Source of the DNA: Octopus vulgaris | Lineage: Eukaryota | Assembly: GCA_951406725.2 (NCBI GenBank) | Contig: OX597814.1 | Span: 179,800,001-179,864,000, forward strand | Reading direction: 5' to 3' | DNA: 64,000 nt | Shown here: piece after piece, positions 12,802-24,511 of the stretch | How the letters are laid out: the number at the start of each line of letters is the position of its first letter | Position numbering within the stretch: the stretch's first letter is position 1 | Translations under genes and position numbers: made by a program | Notes under the pieces: model-generated | Seen by the model: only the letters and a program-made list of their open reading frames with translations | Told to the model about the DNA's origin: nothing | Databases searched by the model: none

Positions 12802-14585
12802 ACATCACTAACCTAATTAAAGCAACATCTCAACAATTAGACTTCACCTTTTTGTGTCACCAAATATTCCAATACTAAACATCTGACTTTCTACATGTTA
12901 CAGGTATATACATACATCAGTGCATGGCTCACATAGTTGACATGATGCTTTGCAAAATGATATTTAGATCGGATCCAAAAACAAAATTCAGTCCACAACC
13001 TGCCTCTCAAATAAGTTGTGACTCTTCTGTTTCACCGGTAGAGGAAGACGTTCAATACCTATGATCTGTTTTGAAGGGCATCTGCATTGGCAGAAGTAAG
13101 GGAGGAAAATTAGGATTACAAATCTGGTCCAAATCCTTGTTAACACTGTGTATAATAGTAATACTGACAAAGTTGCAACGCGAATCAAAAATAAATCGTT
13201 AAAAAAGCCAATATCGCTTATTGAAATGAGTCGGGAGTTATTCCTTATACTGATACCAAATTAAACACTTCACAAATTGCAGGCAAGCAATCGACCATTT
13301 GAAGTGAAAAGAAAGGGGAAATTATTCTCACTTCCTCACCTGTCACCTAGGCTGATAGCAGTTTCTCGAGTTTTCAGTTTTAATAAACACATTTTAATCA
13401 TACCCAACATTACGGCGTTGCACCGAGATGCAAATGACTGAAATTCTTCAAGCTGAAATAAATAAATTTATATCACATGGCTAAAAACAAACAAAAAAAT
13501 ACAATATTGATTTTGGTTCGTATTTATGTTATTTCTCTTAATATTTTATCATTTTATTTTAAACGAGATTCGATCAAATATTGACCATTTTAGAATACAT
13601 TTAACCTAACATTTTTGCTTTCTTTCAGATTTCATTTACAGATGTTGTTGATACTTAATTAACTTCGTCGATTTGATTTTTGTCTCATGCAGTGCAAATG
13701 GCAAACCGGCAGCCATATTGTCATTAAGTTCCTGGAGCGAATATTCATATAACATGACGCCATCGACGAAATATTATTAAATGGGAAAATAATCACTTTA
13801 GTTAGCTGCAGATGTTGACACAAAACAGTTCTTAAAATTAAGGTTTCCTGACTTGCTAATCAAATTGCCTATACATGTAAACATGCCTCAATAAGCATTA
13901 TTTGCTTGACAGCGAATGATTGGTATCTAGCGAGAACACCGAAACCCTAATGTCGTTTATTGAACGTACTATTAAGTCATTTCTGACATGTACATAGTTT
14001 CATGTCGCCCTGATCAAATATCATTGTGCTTGGCAGAAGAAGGACTTCAGAAAACACCAAGTCAATTATCATAATTGATACCAAATATTTGGATAGATAT
14101 CCATGATGCTCTTGCCAAAAGGATGGAACATTCGTCTAACACTGATTGCAATACACATAACACTGACAGAACTACATCTGATACATTCTAAACTATCATG
14201 TTGTTATACATTTGAAACAAAATATTTCATACGATATTAATCAAATTATAATGAAGGACAGCAAATAAAGTATTACTCTACACATATAATCACACATGCA
14301 GTTAATATTTGAATGTATCTGTAACAAATTGTGGACGTTTAATTTTCTCTTGCAGTTCGTTTCCTCCTGTCACTGATTTTATTGTTCGTATCAGCAGTAA
14401 CACGTTCTATTTGTGATATTAAATAAAGATAAGGTACGCGCTTAATAATTTCTTTCAAATAATTCTTTAAAAGACTGTTACTTTCCATATATAACAACGA
14501 GAACCATTCTTTAGGATTGTACTTAGTAATAAATGAGAGGAATTTGAAGCTTCTATATTCAACAGTTTCTGGGATATTAATATGG

Positions 14586-14687
14586 GTATTTCGCCTGTCT
14601 TTGCGTTTTGAGTTCAAATTCTGCCGAGGTCGACTTAGCCTTTCATCCTTCCGGGACCGATAAGTTAAGTACCAGTTGCGTACTGGG
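14586..14687 (+). mobile_element. Internal fragment of SINE family A flanked by 20-bp direct repeats
   Basis: Matches the core of full copies; ctgggatattaatatgggta at 14569-14588 and 14683-14702. Confidence 0.85.
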
Positions 14688-14885
14688 ATATTAATATGGG
14701 TAAGCAAGCAATAAATAAATTCAATCACGTGCGCAACACCGTAGTACCTGACTTTGAAAATGTTAGGTGGAATCGAAACAACAAAAGCCAATATTAAGAT
14801 AATCATAAATATTGGTTGAATTTTTCCATTTAATTCCTGTTTAGTAGTTGGTAAATTAGTATTCAACAATAAATAAAGTAAATAA

Positions 14886-15056
14886 AGGCGGCGAGCGGAC
14901 AGAAACGTTAGCACACCGGGTATTTCGTCTGTCTTACGTTCTGAGTTCAAATTCTGTTGAGGTTGATAAATTAAGTACCAGTTGCGTACTGAGTTCGATC
15001 TAATCGACTGGCCTCTCCTCCAAAATTTCGAGCCCTATGCCTAGGGTAGAAAAGAA
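14886..15056 (+). mobile_element. tRNA-derived SINE family A, internally deleted copy
   Basis: ggcggcgagc head, gagttcaaattc B-box-like motif, gataaattaagtaccag core. Confidence 0.85.
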
Positions 15057-15074
15057 TATTTAACAGTAAATAAA

Positions 15075-15491
15075 GGCGGCGAGCTGGCAGAATCGTTAGC
15101 ACGCCGGGCGAAATACGTAGCTGTATTTCGTCTGCCGTTACGTTCTGAGTTCAAATTCCGCCGAGGTCGACTTTGCCTTTCATCCTTTCGGGGTCTATGA
15201 ATTAAGTACCAATTACGCACTGGGGTTGATGTAATCGACTTAATCCGTTTGTCTGTCCTTGTTTGTCCTCTATGTGTTTAGCCCCTTGTGGGTAGTAAAA
15301 GAAATAGGTATTTCGTCTGCCGCTACGTTCTGAGTTCAAATTTCGCCGAGGTCGGTTTTGCCTTTCATCCTTTCGGGGTCGATAAATTAAGTACCAGTTA
15401 CGCACTGGGGTCGATGTAATCGACTTAATACTGTTGTGTGTCCTTGTTTGTCTCCTCTATGTTTAGCTCCCCTGTGGGCAATAAAGAAATA
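15075..15491 (+). mobile_element. SINE family A head-to-tail dimer
   Basis: Full unit 15075-15307 plus a headless unit from ~15308; flanked by an 18-bp TSD with one mismatch (15055-15072, 15492-15509). Confidence 0.92.
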
Positions 15492-17388
15492 AATATTTTA
15501 CAGTAAATATTTTCCCATAAGTTTTTTTCCGGCTATCTAAAGAGAAAGAATACGAAAGGACAAATCGAAATTGAAACTAGTTTGACGCTCTGTATAATTA
15601 AAATCTCTCGCACTATTTCCAGTTTTATTACTCGTAACACCACACGCAACCCAGAATAATTTTGGTAATAAAAATTTTAAATGATAGCATAAGACCAGCA
15701 AGTTCATGTGAGAGAATAAGTCGATTACATTGATTCCTGTCTTCCACTGGTACACATTTTATAGATCCCGACCCCGGCGGCATTTGAACTCAGAACACAA
15801 AATTCTCACTAATAATATTAGTAGTATTAGTATGTCTAATTATTTGTATTACGCTTCTTAATTTAAACTTTCAGTTCAATAAAAGGAATATTTGCGTTAG
15901 AATGTTCATGCAGTTTACCAAAGTGTTAGCAGATCAAAATAGGGTCTGACAAGAATCCCTAATTGTTGCTACTCCTGCATTTGTTTAAAACAAGTCATTT
16001 CTTATTGAGCATGCCAGTGATGAAAACTGTTCTACTCGCTACCATTCCGTATTTTTGTGTATCAACGATTACATTATCTAGCGTGCATTTGTTTTAAGAC
16101 GGCAGTGTGCAGTTTGAGGGAAATTTGGTTCTATTTCTATTAGATCCAGCTACTAATCAGAAACTCTCTTAAGACTTTCTACCAGAGGGAGCAACTGAGT
16201 AGGAGCTGTCTTTAACAGGTTACTTCTCTGCAGCGCTTGCCTAACTTGCTGAAAACTGATTTGTTACACAGAAACATGTTCCAACATTTAAAGTAAAAAG
16301 AAAATGAGATTATTGCATAGAATTCATGCTTTCCTCGTGGTTATTAGTGGAGTGAGTTGCTTTCAAAGAAAGATCAAAGCCGAATCTCAAACAGACCGGT
16401 TGAGAGGTTATCTTTCCTCTAAGATGTTTGGCTTTTTCTTTCCAAATAATAATTTCTCAAATTGGCACAATGTCAGAAATTTCTTGAGCGATATTTTGAT
16501 TGATAGAATCAGTTGTAGTACACTCCCTTACTAAGTTTATGGAACTCTGCACGTCTGAAAACCAAACTTGATTGTGGTAGTATTTGACTCCAGGAATTAT
16601 ACTGACAATATGTATTACTTTAAAATATATATGTTCAACTGTTTCTGCCTATCCCTGCCTTACTTGTCTTCTACACAAATGTTATTTGATACATAAGAGA
16701 GAACATTTTGAAAATTATACAATTGCTTGAATCGACTAGAGACTAATATATGAAATTTCAAATTTCAAATCTAGCTGGTAAAATTATAACTCGGGATGTT
16801 AAGTTAATACAATGAATTTTATTCAGCAAACTCTTCTAATATGGCTAATGTTTTATAGAAATCATGAGAATGCTAAACCATATTGACCAATATATGAAAT
16901 AGGGTTACATTTGATTTAATCAGAAAGCAAAAACCTGCCCTAAAGAGATGAATGTATATGAAGTTTGATACAATTTCAACCAAGAACTATGTGATATATA
17001 CATACAATGTGGTATTCCTCTGAGTCTATTTATCAACTATTTATCAACGTGCCAATATTTGACAAGAGCCATAAAGTAACATGGGGCAAATACCATATCT
17101 GTTTACATTCATCTCTATTGCATTTCGCTTTGTAAAATCCATGGTCTTTTCAACTACACCCAACAGGAATATATCCTTCTCCATTTTTTTCTCTACAAAC
17201 ATCAATCTGAAGACGAAAGATCAATCTAAGCATCAATCAAATTGAGACTGTCACTTTAGAGAATTATGAAAACGTCATGGACAGAGGAAATGACCGTCTC
17301 AGTAAAAGTTACATGGACAGAAATGTATATACCAGTCGTCTGAAACTGAATTGAAACTGTAAAGAAATGTTACAAAATACTGGTTTCA

Positions 17389-17588
17389 AATTTTTGACAC
17401 ACGGCCAGCAATTTAGGGGGACGGGAAATGTCGATTACATCGACCCAAATGCTCAACTGGTACTTATTCTATCGACCCTGAAAGGCAAAGTCGACCGCGG
17501 TGACATTCGAACTCATGATGTAAAAACGAACAAATTGCCGCAAAGTATTTTGCCTGGTATGCTAACAGTTCTGCCAGCTTGCTACCTT
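17389..17588 (-). mobile_element. SINE family A, diverged copy
   Basis: Reverse complement of the family A core (tcgaccctgaaaggcaaagtcgacc...gaactca). Confidence 0.75.
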
Positions 17589-18754
17589 CATGTCAAATAT
17601 TTATCTGATTCTTTATACTATCGTATTCTGGCTAAATATTCGTTTCTAACATATGTACGAGGCTAATGATTTCAAGACTACGTTAGCTGATTGCAATAAC
17701 CCTAGTATTTCATCGGTTCCCAATCTTTTCAGCCTGAGAATGATAAAAGTCAAACTTGCCATCGACGGGAATTTATTTCAAGACATAAAATCCTGCAAAA
17801 TATACCACAAGTTATTTTGCCCGGTGCTTTCCAAATCGCCCCCTTGTTCTCTCTAAATAAGACAAATAAAATAATTTCTTGTCACTTACACCCTAGGAAT
17901 TCCCACCTACCCCCATTCTTGCTCAATTTTAGTTCCACTCTTATTGTCGATTTTCTAATTATCAGTGATCTAACCATGAAAATTACTCAACCTGTCTTAT
18001 CATCATAACTATGTTGAAGCGAAAATTAAATTATGTTTTTTAAAAGATGTGTAATTCGTTCTGATTTTAATATTGGTTAACTACAAAGATAAATAATTTA
18101 CTAAAGATTCAACAACTTTACAAAACAAATAAACATAAAGTATAGAAACCAAACAAAGAATATGAGAAATAATGTTAAACAAACTTTACAAATATTATGA
18201 AAATTCTTGGCAACTATCTTATTTATGCTGTTTTAACTTTTACCATTATCTCAATTTCTCTTCTGAAAAATAAAAACATTTAAAATTTAATGGAAATTAA
18301 AGTAAAGCAATTGTTCATGTACTGTGAATCTAATTGACGTCGTATGATACTGTTATTATAAGTAACTATATATTTCAGTACGATAATATTGATTTCTTCT
18401 TCCAGCGCAAACGCACAGACTACCTGTGGTGGAATGATATACTTCACTGCGCCGACAAAATTAGTAGATGATATTTATTTATTTTTTTTTTTGGACGTTA
18501 TGAGTAAAAACGGAGGGTTGAGAATCAAAACGTAAATGGAATGTAAAGAACTCAAAACTTGACAAGGACAAAAAAAAATATAAGGTCTCAGTCTACCTAT
18601 CTTTACAATTGTATTATTACTCAATACAGGTAAGGTATAGCTGCTCATTGTTTACTGAACATCAGACCGAATCCGTTGCTATAACTTAGAGATTTATGCA
18701 CACCAATAGGGAAAGAGGACACCTGAGCTACATTCATATTACTGGAGGCACATA

Positions 18755-18840
<86 letters not shown>

Positions 18841-18845
<5 letters not shown>

Positions 18846-20200
18846 TAATCCAAACGGGAAAACAGAAAAAACAACAACACGTGGAACAATTACAGTATTA
18901 TTATTATTTGGCGCTCAGGAAAATGGAAGAAGGAGGGTATGACGTTTCGAGCGGAGCTCTTCGTCGGAAACATAGGAGAAAGAAAGATCCCGAGACGGGA
19001 GGACAGAGGAAAAAAAATTGCAGGTAGTCTTCACGAGGTCACATACTGAAAAGACGGAAGTAGTAAAAAAGGAGGAAAATGTTTTTTAAAAACAGGAGAG
19101 CTGAATCAAAGAGGGAATGGTAAAAAAGGTGTGCGAGAAAACGAGGGTGTGTATGTGAGTGTGTGCGTGTGTGTGTATGTGTGTGTATGGTGGACAGTGG
19201 CTAGTAGCAGGCAGTAGTAGAATTAAAGGAGTGTGTGGGGGTACCCTAGCAAGTCAGAAAGGCAGATCAGAAACAGGGAGGTATGTGTGTGTACGTGTGT
19301 ATGTATGTGTGAGTGTGTGCGTGTGCGTGTGTGTATGTGTGTGTGAGGCGAGATAAAAAATATGTATATGTTAGTGCGTGCAGGGCGAACAGATGATATA
19401 GCAAGTCTCGAGTGAGTGGTCAGTGGTAAAAAAAGGGAGGAAGGAGGGAAGAAGGGAAGGAGGGAAAGGGTGGGGGTGTATGTAACGTGCCAGTGTGTGT
19501 GTAGAGTGGTAGTGTGTCCAGTGTGCGTAGTTGTGTGTATGGCAAGTAAATTTGAAGTGTGTGTAAGTGTAATGTATATATATATGCAAATGTGTGTGTG
19601 TGAGTGGGTGTGTGTATGTGTGTGCGTGTGTGTACAAAGAGGGGGGGTTTAAGGAAAATAAACTGCAGCGGAGGGGGGGGGGAGGGGAAGATGGAAGAGT
19701 GGTCCCGCGGCGACAGGCGTGGGAGAACCCAAAGACACGCGCCGGCCCCAGATACGTACAGGAGATCTAGTCGGTCAAACCACGAGCGTGGTGCATGCAT
19801 GCGTGTATGCGTGCGCGAACGTGCACAAGCGTGTATGTGCGCGCGCCTGCGAGTGTGTGTGTAAGTATGTATGTGTGTGGATGTGTGAGTGTGTCTGTGT
19901 GTAAGTCTGGGTGTCAGTGTGTCCGATGAATGTATGTAAGTATGTGTGTGTATATGTGTGTATATAGATGTATGTCCGTGTGTGTGTGTGTATGTGTAAG
20001 AGTGTGTATGTATGTACGTGTGTGTGTGTGGAAGTGTGTGTAGGTGCATGTGTATGCGCGTACATGCAGGTGTGTGAGTGAGTGTGTGTGTGTGTGTATG
20101 TATGTGTGAGTGTGTATGTCTGTGTGTGTAGGATGCATGTATGTGTATGGGTGTATTACTACAGGTACATAACACATAACAGTGATAATTAAGTGTTATT
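18841..20200 (-). mobile_element. Penelope-like terminal fragment abutting (TA)n, followed by GT-rich low-complexity sequence
   Basis: 18841-19020 is homologous to 42333-42530 and 38331-38437 and carries a hammerhead-like motif at 18941-18967; far boundary uncertain. Confidence 0.55.
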
Positions 20201-20302
20201 AAGTTAAGAGTTCATGTACTGACGGCTGAATACATAAATATATACACACACACACATATATATATATATAATATATATACACATATTTATACATACATAT
20301 AT

Positions 20303-20352
<50 letters not shown>

Positions 20353-21032
20353 ACACTTATGTAATTGAGATTACCCTATAACAGGCGAACATTTTACAAA
20401 AATCGCGAAATTATGGAGAGATAAGTTCCGTTAATCGAGAATAAAATATTTTAGAGTTAATCTACATAATTACGGAAAACAAAAAAAAAACATATTTGGG
20501 AACATAATCTGGGTTGTTAGACCATGTCAATATCGTCTAACAAAAAGTGACGTTGAAAATTTGTTGAAAATATGTCGAAAAAGATTTTTGGTCAGTATAA
20601 TTTGTATAAGTAACAAAAATAAGCTAAGGGGAGTAACTCATGAAGATTGATTGATTGGATAATTAAGTTACAAGGTGATGTTCTGATCACCATGCACAAT
20701 ATATTATTAATTAATTAAATTTTTTTCTTCCTGAGGAAAGAAAACAAAATTTTATCAGAAATTCAGAGAAACACTAAAGACAAGATCAAAATTGCCCTTA
20801 CCTCTAATCCTGTAAAGCAAATTGTGAGAGATTAACAATTAATAACTTGAAATTATCTCTCATTTTCATTGAGATCTCGCAAACAGCTGCCGCTGGGTGC
20901 TTTATTTCCATTCTCCAGATAAGAGAAAAAATTTAATTAATTCACTAATCTTTTCGTAGGCATGGCACTAAGTATACCACATGATAATTTGATTAACCAA
21001 ATTCATGTGATTTGTCCATTTGAGTTATTACT

Positions 21033-21233
21033 TCAGGTCACTTTATCTTTTATAATTTGAAAGTATATTTTGACGTTGATGGCAGGTGGCCTCGTAGTTA
21101 AGTTGTTGCTTTTGCGAACGTTAAGTAGCGGGCTCAGCTCTCGATCTGGGTGACATATTGCGTTCTTGAAGGAGATAATTCGTCTCAAGTTGTTCCAGTT
21201 TGCTCGGTAGAAAATTGTTCCTAGTGGCATCCG
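21033..21233 (-). pseudogene. Possible decayed homeodomain-like sequence
   Basis: Translation RMPLGTIF...R-ELSPLLNV...VKIYFQIIKDK; shifted frames give FSTEQ/LEQLETNY; helix-3 WFQNRR not intact. Confidence 0.2.
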
Positions 21234-21825
21234 CGACAGAACGTTTTGCATCCCAAGACTAAAATTAGCAGAAAACCCCTGCGAGATCCAGTCCCATGAC
21301 TCTGTTGTAAGGAAGCAGACTTTATATTTAGGAGACATAAATATTTTATTGATATCGATAAAAAAAAGACAAGCAAAAACAACCTCGGTAGAATTCATTC
21401 TTGAAATGTAAAGAGACATATCTGTATCCTTCAAATTCATTTTCCAGTTAGTTGCTTCGTGACAGCAATGTCTACACTGAGACTGCTGGTGAGCTGTACG
21501 GTTCCAGATAGGTGGACATTCCACTGAAAGACTACTAGTCATCCCCAAAAAGAGATAAAGAATAGTAAATGTTAATAATTGTTTCTATGGCTGGCACAAG
21601 GTCTGACATTTTGAGAGGGTGGGTTTGTTGATTACGTGAAACACAATGCTCGACAAGTGCTTATTTTATCGACAGCAAAAGAATGAACGACAAAGTTTAC
21701 CTCAGCGAAATTTGTACTCCGTATGTAATTATAGACGAAATACTGCTAAACATTTTGTCTGCTGTACAACAGTTTCTGTCAAGACACTGCCTCGATATTA
21801 CTAACAATAGTAATTCCTTCTACTG

Positions 21826-22025
21826 TAGGCACAAGGCCTGAAATTTGAGGGGAAGAGACTAGTCGATCATATCGACCCCAGTACTTAACCAGTACTAATT
21901 CCATCAACCTTGAAAGATGAAAGACAAAGTCAACCTCGGCAAATTTCAACCTAGAACATACGACGGACGAAATGCCGCTAAGCAATTTTGCCCGACACAC
22001 TAAAGATTCCGCCATCTTGCCGCCT
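21826..22025 (-). mobile_element. SINE family A, diverged copy
   Basis: Reverse complement of family A; an older copy lies at ~21590-21790. Confidence 0.8.
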
Positions 22026-22027
22026 AA

Positions 22028-22094
<67 letters not shown>

Positions 22095-22107
22095 TAATAA
22101 TAATAAT

Positions 22108-22669
22108 GATAAATGTCCTGATGCAGTACCAGGCAGTGGCCTTCATGCCTTCTGATCTAAACTCATTGGAAGTGTTATCATGTACATTGTTTTGTCTTGG
22201 TATAAAAGATGGACTACAGCAAATATTATGCTCAATACCACAGATTTTCTTGTCAGTTCTTTTACCTTAACCAGTTAACCATGTCCCTTTGTGGCTGACG
22301 AGATGTGCATCTCTGATCACGAACAGAATTAGTGGGGCAGCCTCATAGCCTTGCGTTGAGAGGGATTCTTTGGGGTTTGAATAATTCACCTCTGGAAACA
22401 TGAGTGTTTCATTAAACATCCTTAAACAACCCTTATTCAGGGACCTTTTGAACGGGATGGGTTACACGACCAGAACAAAATTCTAACTGGGCCCCCACCT
22501 GCAAGGTCATGTGCTGTTTATCTTGATATGCGATTCCCATGTCGGGCACATATCTTTGTGATGCATGTGCCTAGTGTACCCTTATCAGACGCGTAGTCAT
22601 GATGGGTATACTGGGCTTCGTATATTTTCCCCCAGTGTCAATTTGATGGCATGCACTGCTCTCTCACTC
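22108..22669. mobile_element. Non-coding interspersed repeat bounded by (TAA)n
   Basis: Homologous to ~48412-48762 (same orientation) and 60202-60248 (inverted tip); TAA runs at 22029-22107 and 22670-22689. Confidence 0.75.
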
Positions 22670-22689
22670 AATAATAATAATAATAATAA

Positions 22690-24085
22690 CAAGGATCGAA
22701 GCAACCAATGCTTTAGCCATACCAGTCGTGACTTACAGTTTCAATACCGTTAACTGGTCAATTACTGAAATATGTAATCTTGACAGAAAAATACGAAAAC
22801 TGTTGACAATGCATAGAATGCACCACCCTAAGGCAGATACAGAACGACTTTATCTGCCAAGAAAAGAGGGAGGCCGTAGACGTTTACAACTGGGAATAAC
22901 AATGAAGATTGCTACAATTGGCCTAGACACCTACCTGAAAAACTCTGAGGACTGAATGTTAAAGCTTGTCTCAAAACATGAAAACAAGAAAGCATCATAC
23001 TCAGTAGCAAAACAGGCAAAGTAATATCTAAGTGAATTCCGAATACAACAAATTTCGGAATTAGACATTCAAGAAACTTGCACAGAAAAAGCTAAGCGCA
23101 TAAAAACCCGTGCTAAAACTGCGGCCTTAGATATTTTGAATGATAAATGGAAAGAAAAACCTCTCTATGGCAAATACCCAAAGAGAGCGAATAATGCAGA
23201 TGTTGACAAAGCCCTGACCCATCAATGGCTAATGGCCTCTGGCTTAAAATCTGAAACAGAAGGGTTTATCATAGTAGCTCAAGATCAATGCCTACCAACA
23301 AGAAACTACCAGACCAACGTATTAATGAACGGCAGTAGCCCAACATGTCGTGTATGTCAACAACAAAATGAAACCATTGATCATGTTGTCTCCAAGTGCA
23401 GTCTTCTAGCGCCTACAGAGTATCTCAACAGCTATGATAGAGCTACACAATATATTCACTGGGCAATTTGCAAAAACCTGGACTTGCCCCATGAAAAAAA
23501 ACTGGTGGGAACACAAACCACCTCCAGTGCTTGAAAATGACCACATCTCACTCCTCTGGAACTTCACCATTCAAACTGACAGAAAGATAGATGCAAACAG
23601 GCCAGACATCATATTGAAATACTTCAAACAAAGCACATGCCTCCTCATTGATATGACTGTCCCAATAGATATAATCGTATCTGTCAAGACCTACCAAAAA
23701 CTGAAATAGAAATCAGCAATGTGGAACTTGAAGACTAAAACAATACCTGTTGTCATAGGTGCCCTGGGAATGATAGCAAAAGGGGTTGGTTGCTACCTAA
23801 CTCAGATAACAGGAAACCCCAAAATGGCAGAAATTCAAATGATAGTGCTCATGGGAACTGCTCATATTCTACGCAAAATACTTTATGTAATCTCAAGGTT
23901 TAAAACAAACAATTTTCGTATGATTTTTTTTTAGACATTCACTAGTACAACACCCCCCAAAAAAACCCAAATATATGGCACACTAGGCATAGCAACAACA
24001 TGAACTTCCAACCTGTTGTCTCTTGAGGTCTCTCGGTGAGACTTGGAGCCAACTTTTACAAATATAAAGCAAAAGTCAAACATAA
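22690..24085 (+). mobile_element. 5'-truncated R4/Dong-type LINE with RT thumb, CCHC finger, RLE domain, 3' UTR and (TAA)n tail
   Basis: RMHHPKADTERLYLPRKEGGR, GLKSETEGFIIVAQDQ, CRVCQQQNETIDHVVSKC, NRPDIIL...LIDMTVP, IPVVIGALG across ORFs 22728-23934; TAA runs on both sides. Confidence 0.95.

Positions 24086-24159
<74 letters not shown>
24086..24159. repeat. (TAA)n microsatellite
   Basis: Direct reading. Confidence 0.98.
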
Positions 24160-24162
<3 letters not shown>

Positions 24163-24398
24163 TTTTGCCCACTCTGCGCACAAAAGTGCAGATTTATCGC
24201 CAACATAGATTTACATTAAGAGGGTGAAAACAAAGCCAACACTTGCTAGTATCCATATAGGCATCACATCTGGAGTCTCTCTGTTGCACATGACTTTAGT
24301 TAGATTTCAGATTTGGGTTTGTAGTTTGAAGATGTTTTAGTTATGAAGTTGGAGATAAGTGTGTTCAACATCTTGCAGCCTCTGTTTGTGAAATTTAT

Positions 24399-24511
<113 letters not shown>

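Noticed and set aside
13630-14200. Weak hAT-like translation (FLERIFI*HDAIDEILL)
   Set aside because: No catalytic or CxxH motif could be read.
14339-14950. 203-aa minus-strand ORF
   Set aside because: It runs through antisense SINE fragments and AT-rich filler.
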